A program made the position numbers and the translations under genes. The notes below the pieces were generated by a model, which saw only the letters and a program-made list of their open reading frames with translations, did no database searches and was not told the origin of the DNA. Below are positions 10,106 through 19,286 of a stretch of 64,000 bases of DNA, one piece after another (the first letter of the stretch is position 1; each line of letters starts with the position of its first letter). The stretch comes from Brevibacterium luteolum (GTDB lineage Bacteria > Actinomycetota > Actinomycetes > Actinomycetales > Brevibacteriaceae), in assembly GCF_013004595.1 (NCBI RefSeq), contig NZ_JABEMC010000010.1:1-64000 (forward strand). Direction: 5' to 3'.

Positions 10106-11599
10106 TCAGCCGTTGGTCGGGAATCCCAGGTTGATGCCGAGCTGGCTGGGGTCCTGCCAGCGCTTGGTGATGACCTTGCCGCGGGTGAAGAAGTGCACGC
10201 CCCCAGCTCCGTGTGCGTGGGTGTCGCCGAACAGGGAACTCTTCCAGCCGCCGAAGCTGTAGTAGGCCATCGGCACCGGGATCGGCACATTCACGCCGAC
10301 CATTCCGACCTGGACCTCATTCTCGAATCGGCGGGCCGCCCCGCCGTTGTTTGTGAAGATGGCGGTGCCGTTGCCGTACTTGTTGTCGTTGATGAGGGCC
10401 AGGCCCTCATCGTAGGACTTCACGCGCACGACGCTGAGGACGGGCCCGAAGATCTCGTCCTGATAGATCGACATATCCGGTGAGACGTTGTCGAACAGCG
10501 TCGGGTTGAGGAAGGCATCGACGGAGTCGGCATCGACGTCTCCTTCGCGCCCGTCGATGACGAGCGTTGCTCCAGCCTCCACACCGGCGTCGATGTAGCC
10601 GGCGACCGTGTTGCGGTGCTCGACGGTGACCAGCGGGCCCATATCGGTGCCCCGGGTGCCGTCGCCGACCTTCAAGGAGCGGGTTCGCTCAGCAATCTTG
10701 GCGACGAGCTCATCGGCGATGTCCTCGACTGCCACGACGACCGAGATCGCCATACACCGTTCGCCGGCTGCGCCGTACCCGGCGTTGACTGCGGCGTCGG
10801 CGGTGATGTCGAGGTCAGCATCAGGCAGCACGAGCATATGGTTCTTCGCGCCCCCGAGCGCCTGCACGCGCTTGCCGTGGGAGGTCGCAGTCTCGTAGAC
10901 GTACTTGGCGATCGGAGTCGAACCGACGAACGACACGGACGCTACGCGCTCATCGCTGAGGAGCGTGTCGACCGATTCCTTGCCGCCGTGCACGACGTTG
11001 AAGACGCCGTCGGGCAGTCCTGCTTCCTTCCACAGTTCGGCCATCCAGTTCGCAGCCGAGGGATCCTTCTCCGAGGGCTTGAGGACGACGGTGTTGCCGG
11101 CGGCGATGGCCACGGGGAAGAACCACATCGGCACCATGGCGGGGAAGTTGAACGGCGAGATGATCGCAGACACGCCGACCGGCTGGCGCACCGAGTGCAC
11201 ATCGACGGCAGCCGAGGCGTTCTCCGTGTGACCGCCTTTGAGCAGGTGCGGCATGCCGCAGGCGAACTCGACGACCTCCTGGCCGCGGCTGATCTCACCG
11301 AGCGCGTCGGCGAGCACCTTGCCCTGTTCGGCGGTGATGATCTCAGCGAGCTCCTCCTTGCGCGCGTTGAGCAGCTCCCGGAAGGCGAACAGCACTGCGG
11401 TTCGCTTCGACAGCGAGGTGTCCCGCCACGCAGGGAACGCGTCACTGGCGGCGGCGATCGCCTGCTGCGTCCGCTCGGTGTCAGCCAGGGGCACGCGGCC
11501 TGAGACGACGCCCGTTGCCGGGTTGACGATGTCAGCGGTGCGCGCACTGTCGCCTTCGGTCACCGCGCTGCCGTTGATCCAATGTGCCAGAGTCTCCAT
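10106..11599 (-). CDS. mmsA: CoA-acylating (methyl)malonate-semialdehyde dehydrogenase
   Basis: PFNFPAMVPMW, LKPSEKDP, SFVGSTP, GAAGERCMA, EIFGPVL. Start METLAHW follows an AGGGAGAGG RBS. Confidence 0.93.
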   Translation of the reverse strand: METLAHWINGSAVTEGDSARTADIVNPATGVVSGRVPLADTERTQQAIAAASDAFPAWRDTSLSKRTAVLFAFRELLNARKEELAEIITAEQGKVLADALGEISRGQEVVEFACGMPHLLKGGHTENASAAVDVHSVRQPVGVSAIISPFNFPAMVPMWFFPVAIAAGNTVVLKPSEKDPSAANWMAELWKEAGLPDGVFNVVHGGKESVDTLLSDERVASVSFVGSTPIAKYVYETATSHGKRVQALGGAKNHMLVLPDADLDITADAAVNAGYGAAGERCMAISVVVAVEDIADELVAKIAERTRSLKVGDGTRGTDMGPLVTVEHRNTVAGYIDAGVEAGATLVIDGREGDVDADSVDAFLNPTLFDNVSPDMSIYQDEIFGPVLSVVRVKSYDEGLALINDNKYGNGTAIFTNNGGAARRFENEVQVGMVGVNVPIPVPMAYYSFGGWKSSLFGDTHAHGAGGVHFFTRGKVITKRWQDPSQLGINLGFPTNG

Positions 11600-11798
11600 C
11601 GAAACCTCTCCCTGATGTGAAGATGCGGGGTGCTGCGAACCGACGACACCGGCGTGATCGACCCCACAATGCCCGAGGCCAGTATCACGCGCACGGCCGC
11701 CGCGCACACTGGACGGCCTGTCAACCTGGCACACGGAATCATGACAGACTGTAAACTGAGGGCATGCGCGCTCATCCGTCCTGTCAGCAGAGCCTGAG

Positions 11799-13406
11799 GT
11801 GAGCCCGCAGATCGGGACGGGCCGGGAGGGCGTCACCGTCCGCACGGTGCTCTCGGTGCCCGAGCTTGAGCAGACGCAGCTGACCGTCCTCTCCGGTGAG
11901 AACCGGCTTGACGCGGCAGTGCGATGGGTCCACATCGCTGAGACCGAGGACGTCGCCTCCCTGCTGGAAGGCGGGGAGTTCCTGCTGTCGAGCGGACCGG
12001 CGTTCCGGCTCAACGTCGATCGCACGCGCGCGTTCCTCCTGCGTCTGGAGAAAGCCGGCGCCGCGGCGTTCGCAGTCGAAATCGTCACGGAGGACGATGA
12101 ACCGGACGCGTCGTCCCTCGAGGTGCTGCGCGCAGCGAGTGTCGGCCTCCAGATCCCCGTCATCGCGCTGACAGAACGGGTCCGGTTCGCCCGCATCACC
12201 CAGGCAGCCCACCGCCTGCTCATCGCCGAACATCTGGAGTGGATCGAACGCACGCGGGAAGTGCATGAGGTGTTCACCGAGCTCAGCATCGGCGGGGCGG
12301 ACGAGGCGAAGATCGTCGAGACGACCAGCGACCTGCTCAACACCCCGGTCGTCCTCGAAGACGCCGCCCATCGCATCCTGAGTTTCGAACTGTGTGACAT
12401 GACCGAGGACGAGCTCTTCGACGAGTGGCCGCTGCACAGCGGCCGGGCGGTGCCCGTCGGGATGAAGCAGAACCGGTGGGGCAGGCTCGCCGCCCCTTTC
12501 GCAGACCCGACCGACCGCTACGCCGCCGAGGTGCTCGAGCGCGCCGGTCAGGCCATCACCCTCGTGCGGATGGCGACCCAGCATCAGCGGGACCTGCTGC
12601 TCAACGCCACCGACCGCTTCCTCGGCGAGCTTTCGACACACACGCAGATGACAGACCAGGTCGCTGCGCTGCGATCGCAGCGATACGGAATGAGCCGATC
12701 GGCGGCATACACCGCTGTGGCACTGCACACGGCCGACGTTTCGGATGCCGCTGGAGTCGATCTCTCCGACTACCAACTCGAAGAGCGCCGCGTTCGAAGC
12801 GAGCTCATCGCCGTCAGCCGAAGCCTGGGCCTCTCCGCCCTGACCGGCACATGGCGCTACGGCACCGTCGTCGCCCTGGTGGGCTTCCCCACCGACGCAG
12901 TGGATGCGCCCCTCACCGAACTCAGCCGTACCCTGTCAGTCAATCTGAACCGGTCGATCACGATCGGAGCGGGCCCACCACGCGACGGAGTCCTCGCCGC
13001 GGGCAGGGATCTGGAGACAGCGGTCGAGACTGCCCGGATCGCCGCAGGGATGTCGGTGCGCGAGCGGCCCTTCTACCGGTTCGCCGATCTGCGGCTCAAT
13101 GGCCTCATCGCCGGCCTGGCCGATGATGCGCGGATGCGCGTCTTCGCCGAAAGCGAGCTGGCACCGCTGCTCGGCACCGGCGCAGACGCGTCTTCGGCGC
13201 CTGACCATGCGGCGCTCGACTTCCTCCAGACCTATGTGCTGGCTGCTGGGAACAAGACTGAAGTGGCAACCAAGCTGGGCATCAGCCGCCCGGTCGTCTA
13301 TGACCGCGCTCGGCGCCTGGAGAAGCGACTCGGCGTCTCACTCGAAGATGCCGAATCCCGCGCCGCGCTGCTGATGGCGCTGCTGTGGTGGCGCTCACAG
13401 AACTAG
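11799..13406 (+). CDS. PucR-family transcriptional regulator
   Basis: VRWVHIAE...LLEGGEFLLSSG PucR N-domain and C-terminal HTH; divergent from mmsA. Confidence 0.9.
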   Translation: MSPQIGTGREGVTVRTVLSVPELEQTQLTVLSGENRLDAAVRWVHIAETEDVASLLEGGEFLLSSGPAFRLNVDRTRAFLLRLEKAGAAAFAVEIVTEDDEPDASSLEVLRAASVGLQIPVIALTERVRFARITQAAHRLLIAEHLEWIERTREVHEVFTELSIGGADEAKIVETTSDLLNTPVVLEDAAHRILSFELCDMTEDELFDEWPLHSGRAVPVGMKQNRWGRLAAPFADPTDRYAAEVLERAGQAITLVRMATQHQRDLLLNATDRFLGELSTHTQMTDQVAALRSQRYGMSRSAAYTAVALHTADVSDAAGVDLSDYQLEERRVRSELIAVSRSLGLSALTGTWRYGTVVALVGFPTDAVDAPLTELSRTLSVNLNRSITIGAGPPRDGVLAAGRDLETAVETARIAAGMSVRERPFYRFADLRLNGLIAGLADDARMRVFAESELAPLLGTGADASSAPDHAALDFLQTYVLAAGNKTEVATKLGISRPVVYDRARRLEKRLGVSLEDAESRAALLMALLWWRSQN

Positions 13407-13583
13407 GGAGCAACTCCCCCGGTAGCGCGTCCTCCGCATGCGGTAACCGTCTTGCCTCAAGCGAGATTCCCAGGCGCTCCGCTGAGCCCACCGGCACCCC
13501 GGACGGAAAGCCTCCCGGACTCCGGCATAGCCACCAGTGGCAGCTGATGCAGGGAAGGATCGGAACAATTTCCAGCAAAACCC

Positions 13584-13612
13584 TTGACTATTAGAACATA
13601 TCACCGAATAAT
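13584..13612 (+). promoter_or_regulatory. Sigma70-type promoter for a leaderless tnpB transcript
   Basis: TTGACT-N17-AATAAT; the ATG at 13619 is 7 nt downstream, with no RBS. Confidence 0.65.
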
Positions 13613-13618
13613 AGATTC

Positions 13619-14779
13619 ATGAAGGTGGTGAAGCGAGCGTACAAATTCCGCTTCTACCCGAGCCCTGAGCAAGCGGAACTGCTCAATCGGACTTTCGGGT
13701 GCGTGCGCCTCGTCTTCAATCTGGCTCTACAAGCGCGGACAGCGGCATGGGAGTCGAACCGATGCAATCTGAGCTATGCGGATACTTCTGCGATGTTGAC
13801 TCAATGGAAGCGGAGTAGCGAGTTTGCGTTCCTCAACGAGGTCTCTTCGGTGCCTCTCCAACAGTCGCTGCGTCATCTTGAATTCGGCTTCAAGCGATTC
13901 TGGAAGAGGCAAAGTGCCTATCCTCGTTTCAAGTCCAAGCGCAGGTCGAAAGCGAGTGCCGAGTTCACCGCCTCAGCATTCCGCTGGGATGGCAAGCAGC
14001 TTCGACTGGCGAAAATGGCTGAGCCTTTGGACATTGTGTGGTCTCGCTCGCTGCCAGCCAACGCCGTTCCGTCGACGGTGACAGTGTCGCGTGATCGAGC
14101 TGATCGTTGGTTCGTATCGATCCTGGTAGAGGAGACACTCGCAGAGCCACCAGCCGCTAAGAGCAATGCAGTCGGTATAGACCTAGGCTTAGAATCTCTA
14201 GCGGTACTGTCAACCGGAGAGAAGATTGACAATCCTCGCCATGAACGCAGGGATCGAACTCGCCTGATCCGGGCCCAGAGACGCCTAGCGCGCAAGCAGA
14301 AGGGGTCAGCCAACTTTTCCAAGGCAAGAGTGAAGGTCGCGCGCATCTATGCTGCGATTGCTGATCGCCGTCGAGACCATTTGCACAAGCTCACCACTCG
14401 ACTCGTCCGCGAGAACCAAACGGTCGTGATCGAGAACCTGTCAATTCAACAGCTGAGGGCCAAGGGAGGGAGACGGAAGACGGGCTTGAACCGCGCAATG
14501 TCAGATGCGTCATGGGGAGCGTTGCGATCCATGCTGGAATACAAGTCTCGATGGCATGACAGGAATTTAATTGTCATCGATCCGTGGTTCCCATCGACGC
14601 AGTTGTGCTCCCAGTGCGGTGCAGTTACTGGTCCTAAGAGTCTTGATGTGAGGGCGTGGACGTGTGCCTGCGGCACACACCACGATCGCGACGTAAACGC
14701 CGCAACGAACATACTGGCTGCGGGGCTCGCAGTCACTGTCTGTGGAGATGGAAGAAGACTTGTTCGCGGTCACGCGTGA
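13619..14779 (+). CDS. tnpB: RNA-guided endonuclease TnpB (IS200/IS605 family, IS1341-like, no tnpA)
   Basis: RAYKFRFYP...FGCVRLVFN, RuvC-I GIDLG, RuvC-II VIENL, Zn finger CSQC/CAC, RuvC-III HDRDVNAATNI. Confidence 0.96.
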   Translation: MKVVKRAYKFRFYPSPEQAELLNRTFGCVRLVFNLALQARTAAWESNRCNLSYADTSAMLTQWKRSSEFAFLNEVSSVPLQQSLRHLEFGFKRFWKRQSAYPRFKSKRRSKASAEFTASAFRWDGKQLRLAKMAEPLDIVWSRSLPANAVPSTVTVSRDRADRWFVSILVEETLAEPPAAKSNAVGIDLGLESLAVLSTGEKIDNPRHERRDRTRLIRAQRRLARKQKGSANFSKARVKVARIYAAIADRRRDHLHKLTTRLVRENQTVVIENLSIQQLRAKGGRRKTGLNRAMSDASWGALRSMLEYKSRWHDRNLIVIDPWFPSTQLCSQCGAVTGPKSLDVRAWTCACGTHHDRDVNAATNILAAGLAVTVCGDGRRLVRGHA

Positions 14780-14856
14780 ACGAGCATCCGCCTGTGAAGC
14801 AGAAAGATCCGGATAGCGATATCCGGAAGCCGGTCGTGACGACCGGCGGATGCCAA
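14735..14856 (+). ncRNA. TnpB omega-RNA (reRNA) scaffold / element right end; predicted guide begins at about 14857
   Basis: CTGTGGAG...TGAAGCAGAA, hairpins TCCGGATA-GCGA-TATCCGGA (14808-14827) and GCCGGTCG-TGA-CGACCGGC (14829-14847), ending GGATGCCAA (compare canonical ...GTCAA). 5' boundary approximate. Confidence 0.75.
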
Positions 14857-14986
14857 GTGGTATGACTGGATGGCCGATGCCTTCCTGATCAATCGTGGTG
14901 CTGAAATCGCGAAGCATAGTGGGTGCGTTCACCGCCGGTGACACAGTATGGAATGCTTGCGACTGCCGCTGGCGTACCCTGAATCT

Positions 14987-15775
14987 ATGAACTCGACAGA
15001 CAGCTCAGTCGCAGATTCCCGCGCCTTCGAGCCCGGTGCGGACTCTGCGCTCGTGCGTGGGCTGCGGGTGCTCACCCACGTTGCTGAAGGCGGGGAGGTC
15101 AGTGCCCAGGATGTCTCCGCAGAGCTCGGCCTGCCGCTGTCGACGACGTACCGCTACCTTAAGACACTCACCGACTTCGACCTCATCGAAAAGCAGCACG
15201 GCCGCTTCGTTCCCGGTTGGCGGCTCTCGGCCTGGTCCGGCCAGGACATCACCCGCACCCGGCTCATCGAAGTCGGCCACTCCTTCCTGCAGGGTCTGAC
15301 GAATCGCACCGGCAAGGTCTCAGTGCTCACCGTGCGCGCCGGGCACAATGCCGTGTGTCTGCGTCAAGTCTCCCCGAGCGCCGATACTGGTATCTCGTTT
15401 CGCATCAACCAGGTGCTGCCGATCTACCGCGGTGCCGGTCAGCGCGTGTTGCTCGCCTACGCACCGCCGGCTGTCATCGAAGGCGCACTGCGCGCTGTCA
15501 GCGCTGATGCCGCCGCTGATCACGCAGCACTCGCCCGCCGTCAGCACCTCATTGCCGATCTCAAGGACATCCGCGCCCGCGGGGTCGCGGTCTCCCACGG
15601 CGAGCTCATCGACAACGCCATCGCCGTGGCCGCCCCCGTGCGCGTCGGCGGAGAGGTCATCTGCTCCCTAGCTGTAGCCGGGCAAGCCGACCGAGTGCCG
15701 GCGAACCTCGTGAAGTCACTGACGCCGGTTCTCACCTCCGCAGCTGCAGAACTCGGCGCCGAACTCTCCACCTGA
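14987..15775 (+). CDS. IclR-family transcriptional regulator
   Basis: SALVRGLRVL...LGLPLSTTYRYLKTL HTH; GAGQRVLLAY and AVAAPV effector domain. Confidence 0.92.
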   Translation: MNSTDSSVADSRAFEPGADSALVRGLRVLTHVAEGGEVSAQDVSAELGLPLSTTYRYLKTLTDFDLIEKQHGRFVPGWRLSAWSGQDITRTRLIEVGHSFLQGLTNRTGKVSVLTVRAGHNAVCLRQVSPSADTGISFRINQVLPIYRGAGQRVLLAYAPPAVIEGALRAVSADAAADHAALARRQHLIADLKDIRARGVAVSHGELIDNAIAVAAPVRVGGEVICSLAVAGQADRVPANLVKSLTPVLTSAAAELGAELST

Positions 15776-15955
15776 ACCGCACCTCGCCTGCCCCCCACCC
15801 TGCCGACTTCCCTCCCCAGCCCACCGAACGCACCACCTTCCCAGCCCATGAGATTGGCGCGGGCGCCACACCTCGGCGACGGCTACCGTGAGGGCAGACA
15901 CACCCGGCAGCCTGCCGCCGACTGCCGCCGACCGCACTCACTCCCGGAGGTTCCG

Positions 15956-17152
15956 ATGACGGCCCTCACCACGACCACGCTGGCCGATGACCCGTACTCA
16001 CCTGAGGTGCTGCGCGACCCGTACCCGTTCCTCACCCGCCTGCGCGAAGCCGGGCCGGCAGCCTGGCTGGAGAAGCACCAGGTCCACGCCTTCGGCCGCG
16101 ACGCCGAGGTGCGCGAGATCCTTGAGGACTGGGAGACCTACATCTCCGGAGCCGGGGTCGGGATTGTCAACATCCACCACAACCCGCCGCTGCGCAAGCC
16201 GGGCATCCTCGAAGTCGACCCGCCCATCCACACGCGCATGCGCGAGGCCATGACCGGGGTCATCAACCCCCGCAGGCTGCGCCCGCTGCGCAAGGGCTTC
16301 GCCACCTATGCCAAGACCGTGCTCGACGATGTGCTCTCCGGTGACTGCGCCTTCGACGCCGCCGAGGTGGCCGAACGGTTCGTGCTGCGCGTCTTCGGCG
16401 ACGCGGTCGGGATCCCGCGCGAGGGCCGGGCGGAGAACCTACCGGCCCAGGGAGCGGCGAACTTCGCGACCTTCGGCCCACAGAATGACGTGGCCCGGGC
16501 CCATATCGAAGCCGCAGAGGGCACATATGACTGGGTGCTGGAGAACTGCGCTCGCGAGGTGCTCAACACCTCGGGAATGGGCGCCCAGATCTGGGAGTTC
16601 GCCGACGCCGGGACGATCGACGCTGATGAGGCCACGCTGCTGGTGCGCGCGATGCTCTCAGCCGGGCTCGACACGACGATCTTCGCAATCACCAACACCC
16701 TCAATGCCCTGGCCCAGCACCCTGACCAGTACGCCCGCGTGCACGCCGACCCAAGCCTGGCGAAGTACGCGATCGACGAGGCGTTCAGGTGGGACTCGCC
16801 TTTCCAGTCCTTCTACCGCACCACGAGCCGAAACACGACGATCGGCGGAGTCGACCTGCCGGCTGAAACGAAGGTTCTCGTCTTCCCCGGCTCGGCCAAC
16901 CGCGATGAGTCGAAGTGGGGTCCTGATGCGCATGAGTTCCGTATCGACCGGGATGCCAGCGGGCACCTGACCTTCGGCATGGGCATCCACCAGTGCGTCG
17001 GCCAGCCGATCTCGCGGATGGAGATGGATGCGTTCTTCTCCGCCTTCTGCGCCCGGGTCGCACACCTCGAACCGACCGCCGAACCCGAGCCGCTCATCCA
17101 CACCACACTGCGCTCCTATACCTCGGTGCCGCTGAAAGCGACACCTGCCTAA
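15956..17152 (+). CDS. Cytochrome P450, CYP199-like
   Basis: ILEVDPPIHT, MLSAGLDTT I-helix, EAFR (ExxR), HLTFGMGIHQCVG heme motif; GGAGG RBS. Confidence 0.93.
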   Translation: MTALTTTTLADDPYSPEVLRDPYPFLTRLREAGPAAWLEKHQVHAFGRDAEVREILEDWETYISGAGVGIVNIHHNPPLRKPGILEVDPPIHTRMREAMTGVINPRRLRPLRKGFATYAKTVLDDVLSGDCAFDAAEVAERFVLRVFGDAVGIPREGRAENLPAQGAANFATFGPQNDVARAHIEAAEGTYDWVLENCAREVLNTSGMGAQIWEFADAGTIDADEATLLVRAMLSAGLDTTIFAITNTLNALAQHPDQYARVHADPSLAKYAIDEAFRWDSPFQSFYRTTSRNTTIGGVDLPAETKVLVFPGSANRDESKWGPDAHEFRIDRDASGHLTFGMGIHQCVGQPISRMEMDAFFSAFCARVAHLEPTAEPEPLIHTTLRSYTSVPLKATPA

Positions 17153-17161
17153 GCCGCCCGG

Positions 17162-17233
17162 CCACCGCGGCGCCAGGCCCTACGGCCACTGCGACCCCAG
17201 GCCCTCTGGGCACTGCGACCCCGGGCCCTCTGG
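17162..17233. repeat. Three imperfect 24-bp tandem repeats, intergenic
   Basis: CCACCGCGGCGCCAGGCCCTACGG / CCACTGCGACCCCAGGCCCTCTGG / GCACTGCGACCCCGGGCCCTCTGG. Confidence 0.8.
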
Positions 17234-17310
17234 GCACCGTCGCCGCCGCCGCCCGCACACTGCCGGCGCACCACGCCATCTGACCGTCCGATCTGCGAGG
17301 AGACCCGCAC

Positions 17311-19053
17311 ATGACCGCACGTCCGCACTCGAACCTGCACCACGCTACTGCTCCGCTGCCCGGCCAGCCGGCCTCGACCGAGGAGTTCGACGGCCCGGTG
17401 CTCACTCTCGGCGAATCCGATCTGAGCCTGGCCGAGATGGTCGACGTCGCCCGGCACCGCCGCCGTATCACCCTCGCCCCGGCCGCCCAGGAGGCCTGCC
17501 GGGAGTCACGCGCCTGGCTCGATGATGTCATCGACCGAATGAAGGCAGGCGAGGACGTCGAGGCGATCTACTCGGTCAACACCGGTTTCGGCTCACTGGC
17601 CGGCCGGCAGGCGTTCCCCAGTGCCAGCGATGCCGCGGAGCTCTCCCGCCGGCTCATCCTCGCTGATGCCGCCGGCATCGGCCGGCTCGTCGATGAAGAG
17701 GTCGTCCGGGCCACCATGCTCATCCGCATCCAGTCGCTCATCGCCGGTCATTCGGCGATCTCCTGGCCGCTGGTCGAGGGGCTCGTCGCGATGCTGAATC
17801 ACGATGTGTGGCCGGCGGTGCCCGAATACGGTTCGCTCGGCGCTTCCGGAGATCTCATCCCGCTGGCCCACATCGCCCTCGTTCTCACCGGCCCGCCGAC
17901 CGGTGAGGATAAGCCTGAGGATTCCGGTGAGGCGGTGCTTGACGGGAAGATCGTGCCCGGCACCGAGGCGATGGCCGCCGCGGGCATCGACCGGGTGCCG
18001 GTCGGCGCCAAGGACGGGCTCGCACTTCTCAACGGCACCTCGTTCTCCCTCGCCCAGACCGCGCTCGCCGCCTGGGATGCGACGACGCTGTTGGAGACAG
18101 CGCTGGTGACGGCGTCGATGACGATCGAGGCGCTGCTGGGCTTCGGTGATGCGTTCATCGACGAACTGCACACTGTACGCAGGCAGCCCGGCCAGATCGC
18201 CGTCGCCGCCCGGATGCGGGAGCTCATGGCCGACTCCCAGCTCATCACCGGCAGCCGGGCCGCCGACCCGGACCGGCAGCCGCCGCAGGATGCGTACTCG
18301 CTGCGCTGTGTGCCGCAGGTGTTCGGCCCGGTCGCTGACACGCTCGACTTCACCATCGGGATCATCGAACGCGAACTCAACGCCGCAACCGACAACCCGC
18401 TCGTCTTCCCGCAGCTGCCGCGCCCACTCAAGGCCGTCTCCGGCGGGAACTTCCACGCCGAATACGTCGCCTTCGCCGCCGATTTCCTCTCGATCGCGGT
18501 CACCGAGATCGGCAACATCACCGAACGGCGGATCTTCCGCCTCGACGACGGGACGCTGAACCGTGGCCTGCCCGACATGCTCGTCGACTCCGCGCAGGTC
18601 GGCATGGACTGCGGGTTCATGCTGCCGCAGTATCTGGCCGCGGCCCTCGTCTCCGACTGCAAGACCCTTGCACACCCGGATGCCGTCGATTCGATCCCGA
18701 CGTCTGCGAACCAAGAGGACCACGTCTCGATGGCCAACAACGCCGGCCGTCACCTGCGCCAGATCGTGGCCAACATCGAAGCCGTCGTCGGCATCGAACT
18801 CCTCATGGCCGTCCAGGCCCTCGAACTGCGCGTAGCCGCCGGGCGTCCCGACGGCCGGTCCGTGACCCGCGAGGAGATCTCGTCTGCCGGCCGGCGCGTC
18901 ATCGACATGCTGCGCTCGACGACCGACACGCAGGGCCGCCCGATCGCCCACCTGACCCAGGACGTCGTGCTCTACCCGCAGGTCCGCACCGCAACTGCTC
19001 TCGTCAAGGATGGGGCTGTCGTGCGCGCCGCGGATGCTCAGGTGGCGCGCTGA
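17311..19053 (+). CDS. MIO-dependent aromatic amino acid ammonia-lyase (HAL/PAL/TAL family), atypical specificity
   Basis: IYSVNTGFG, GSLGASGDL (ASG forms MIO), KDGLALLNGT, QDAYSLRC, SGGNFH, SANQEDHVSM. Confidence 0.93.
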   Translation: MTARPHSNLHHATAPLPGQPASTEEFDGPVLTLGESDLSLAEMVDVARHRRRITLAPAAQEACRESRAWLDDVIDRMKAGEDVEAIYSVNTGFGSLAGRQAFPSASDAAELSRRLILADAAGIGRLVDEEVVRATMLIRIQSLIAGHSAISWPLVEGLVAMLNHDVWPAVPEYGSLGASGDLIPLAHIALVLTGPPTGEDKPEDSGEAVLDGKIVPGTEAMAAAGIDRVPVGAKDGLALLNGTSFSLAQTALAAWDATTLLETALVTASMTIEALLGFGDAFIDELHTVRRQPGQIAVAARMRELMADSQLITGSRAADPDRQPPQDAYSLRCVPQVFGPVADTLDFTIGIIERELNAATDNPLVFPQLPRPLKAVSGGNFHAEYVAFAADFLSIAVTEIGNITERRIFRLDDGTLNRGLPDMLVDSAQVGMDCGFMLPQYLAAALVSDCKTLAHPDAVDSIPTSANQEDHVSMANNAGRHLRQIVANIEAVVGIELLMAVQALELRVAAGRPDGRSVTREEISSAGRRVIDMLRSTTDTQGRPIAHLTQDVVLYPQVRTATALVKDGAVVRAADAQVAR

Positions 19054-19107
19054 GTCCTGCGCTGAGCCCGGCACTCGCCCTCAGGCCGTCTCCTGGCTGC
19101 AGCAGCT

Positions 19108-19170
19108 CGGCTGGCCACAGCAGGCAGCGGATCCCTCGGCTGGCTGCAGCAGGCAGCGGACTCCGCGGCT
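19108..19170. repeat. Two-plus imperfect 29-bp tandem repeats, intergenic
   Basis: CGGCTGGCCACAGCAGGCAGCGGATCCCT / CGGCTGGCTGCAGCAGGCAGCGGACTCCG / CGGCT. Confidence 0.7.
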
Positions 19171-19286
19171 GCCAGCCTGGTGACCGGATACGATGGACTG
19201 TCGCCTGCCGCGCTGCGCACACCAGTCGCACGGGGCGCGCCGGTGCACCAGAACCCACGGCTGAGAGAAGGAGCGCGCTGCTTGCA

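Noticed and set aside
10106..12400. Long N-terminal extensions in the ORF track (764-aa mmsA, 774-aa reductase, 409-aa paaA, 466-aa CoA transferase) as fusions
   Set aside because: The extensions overlap opposite-strand genes or promoters, and internal starts, mostly with an RBS, fit family lengths.
13404..13560. Short hairpins (GGGAG-CAA-CTCCC and others) after pucR as an ncRNA or IS left end
   Set aside because: No match to SRP, riboswitch or IS605 left-end patterns that I can recognise; stems are short.
13395..14944. Joining the tnpB flanks gives a continuous minus-strand ORF (possible interrupted gene)
   Set aside because: The joined peptide has no protein-like composition or motif; likely chance in GC-rich DNA.
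17162..17233. 24-bp repeats (also 19108-19170, 31824-31920, 33168-33228) as CRISPR arrays
   Set aside because: Tandem, degenerate, no unique spacers and no cas genes.
17593..19074. Long antisense ORFs (e.g. 17593-19074, 27181-29013, 29525-30976, 40646-42001, 60730-62052)
   Set aside because: Shadow frames of well-supported genes, expected at high GC.
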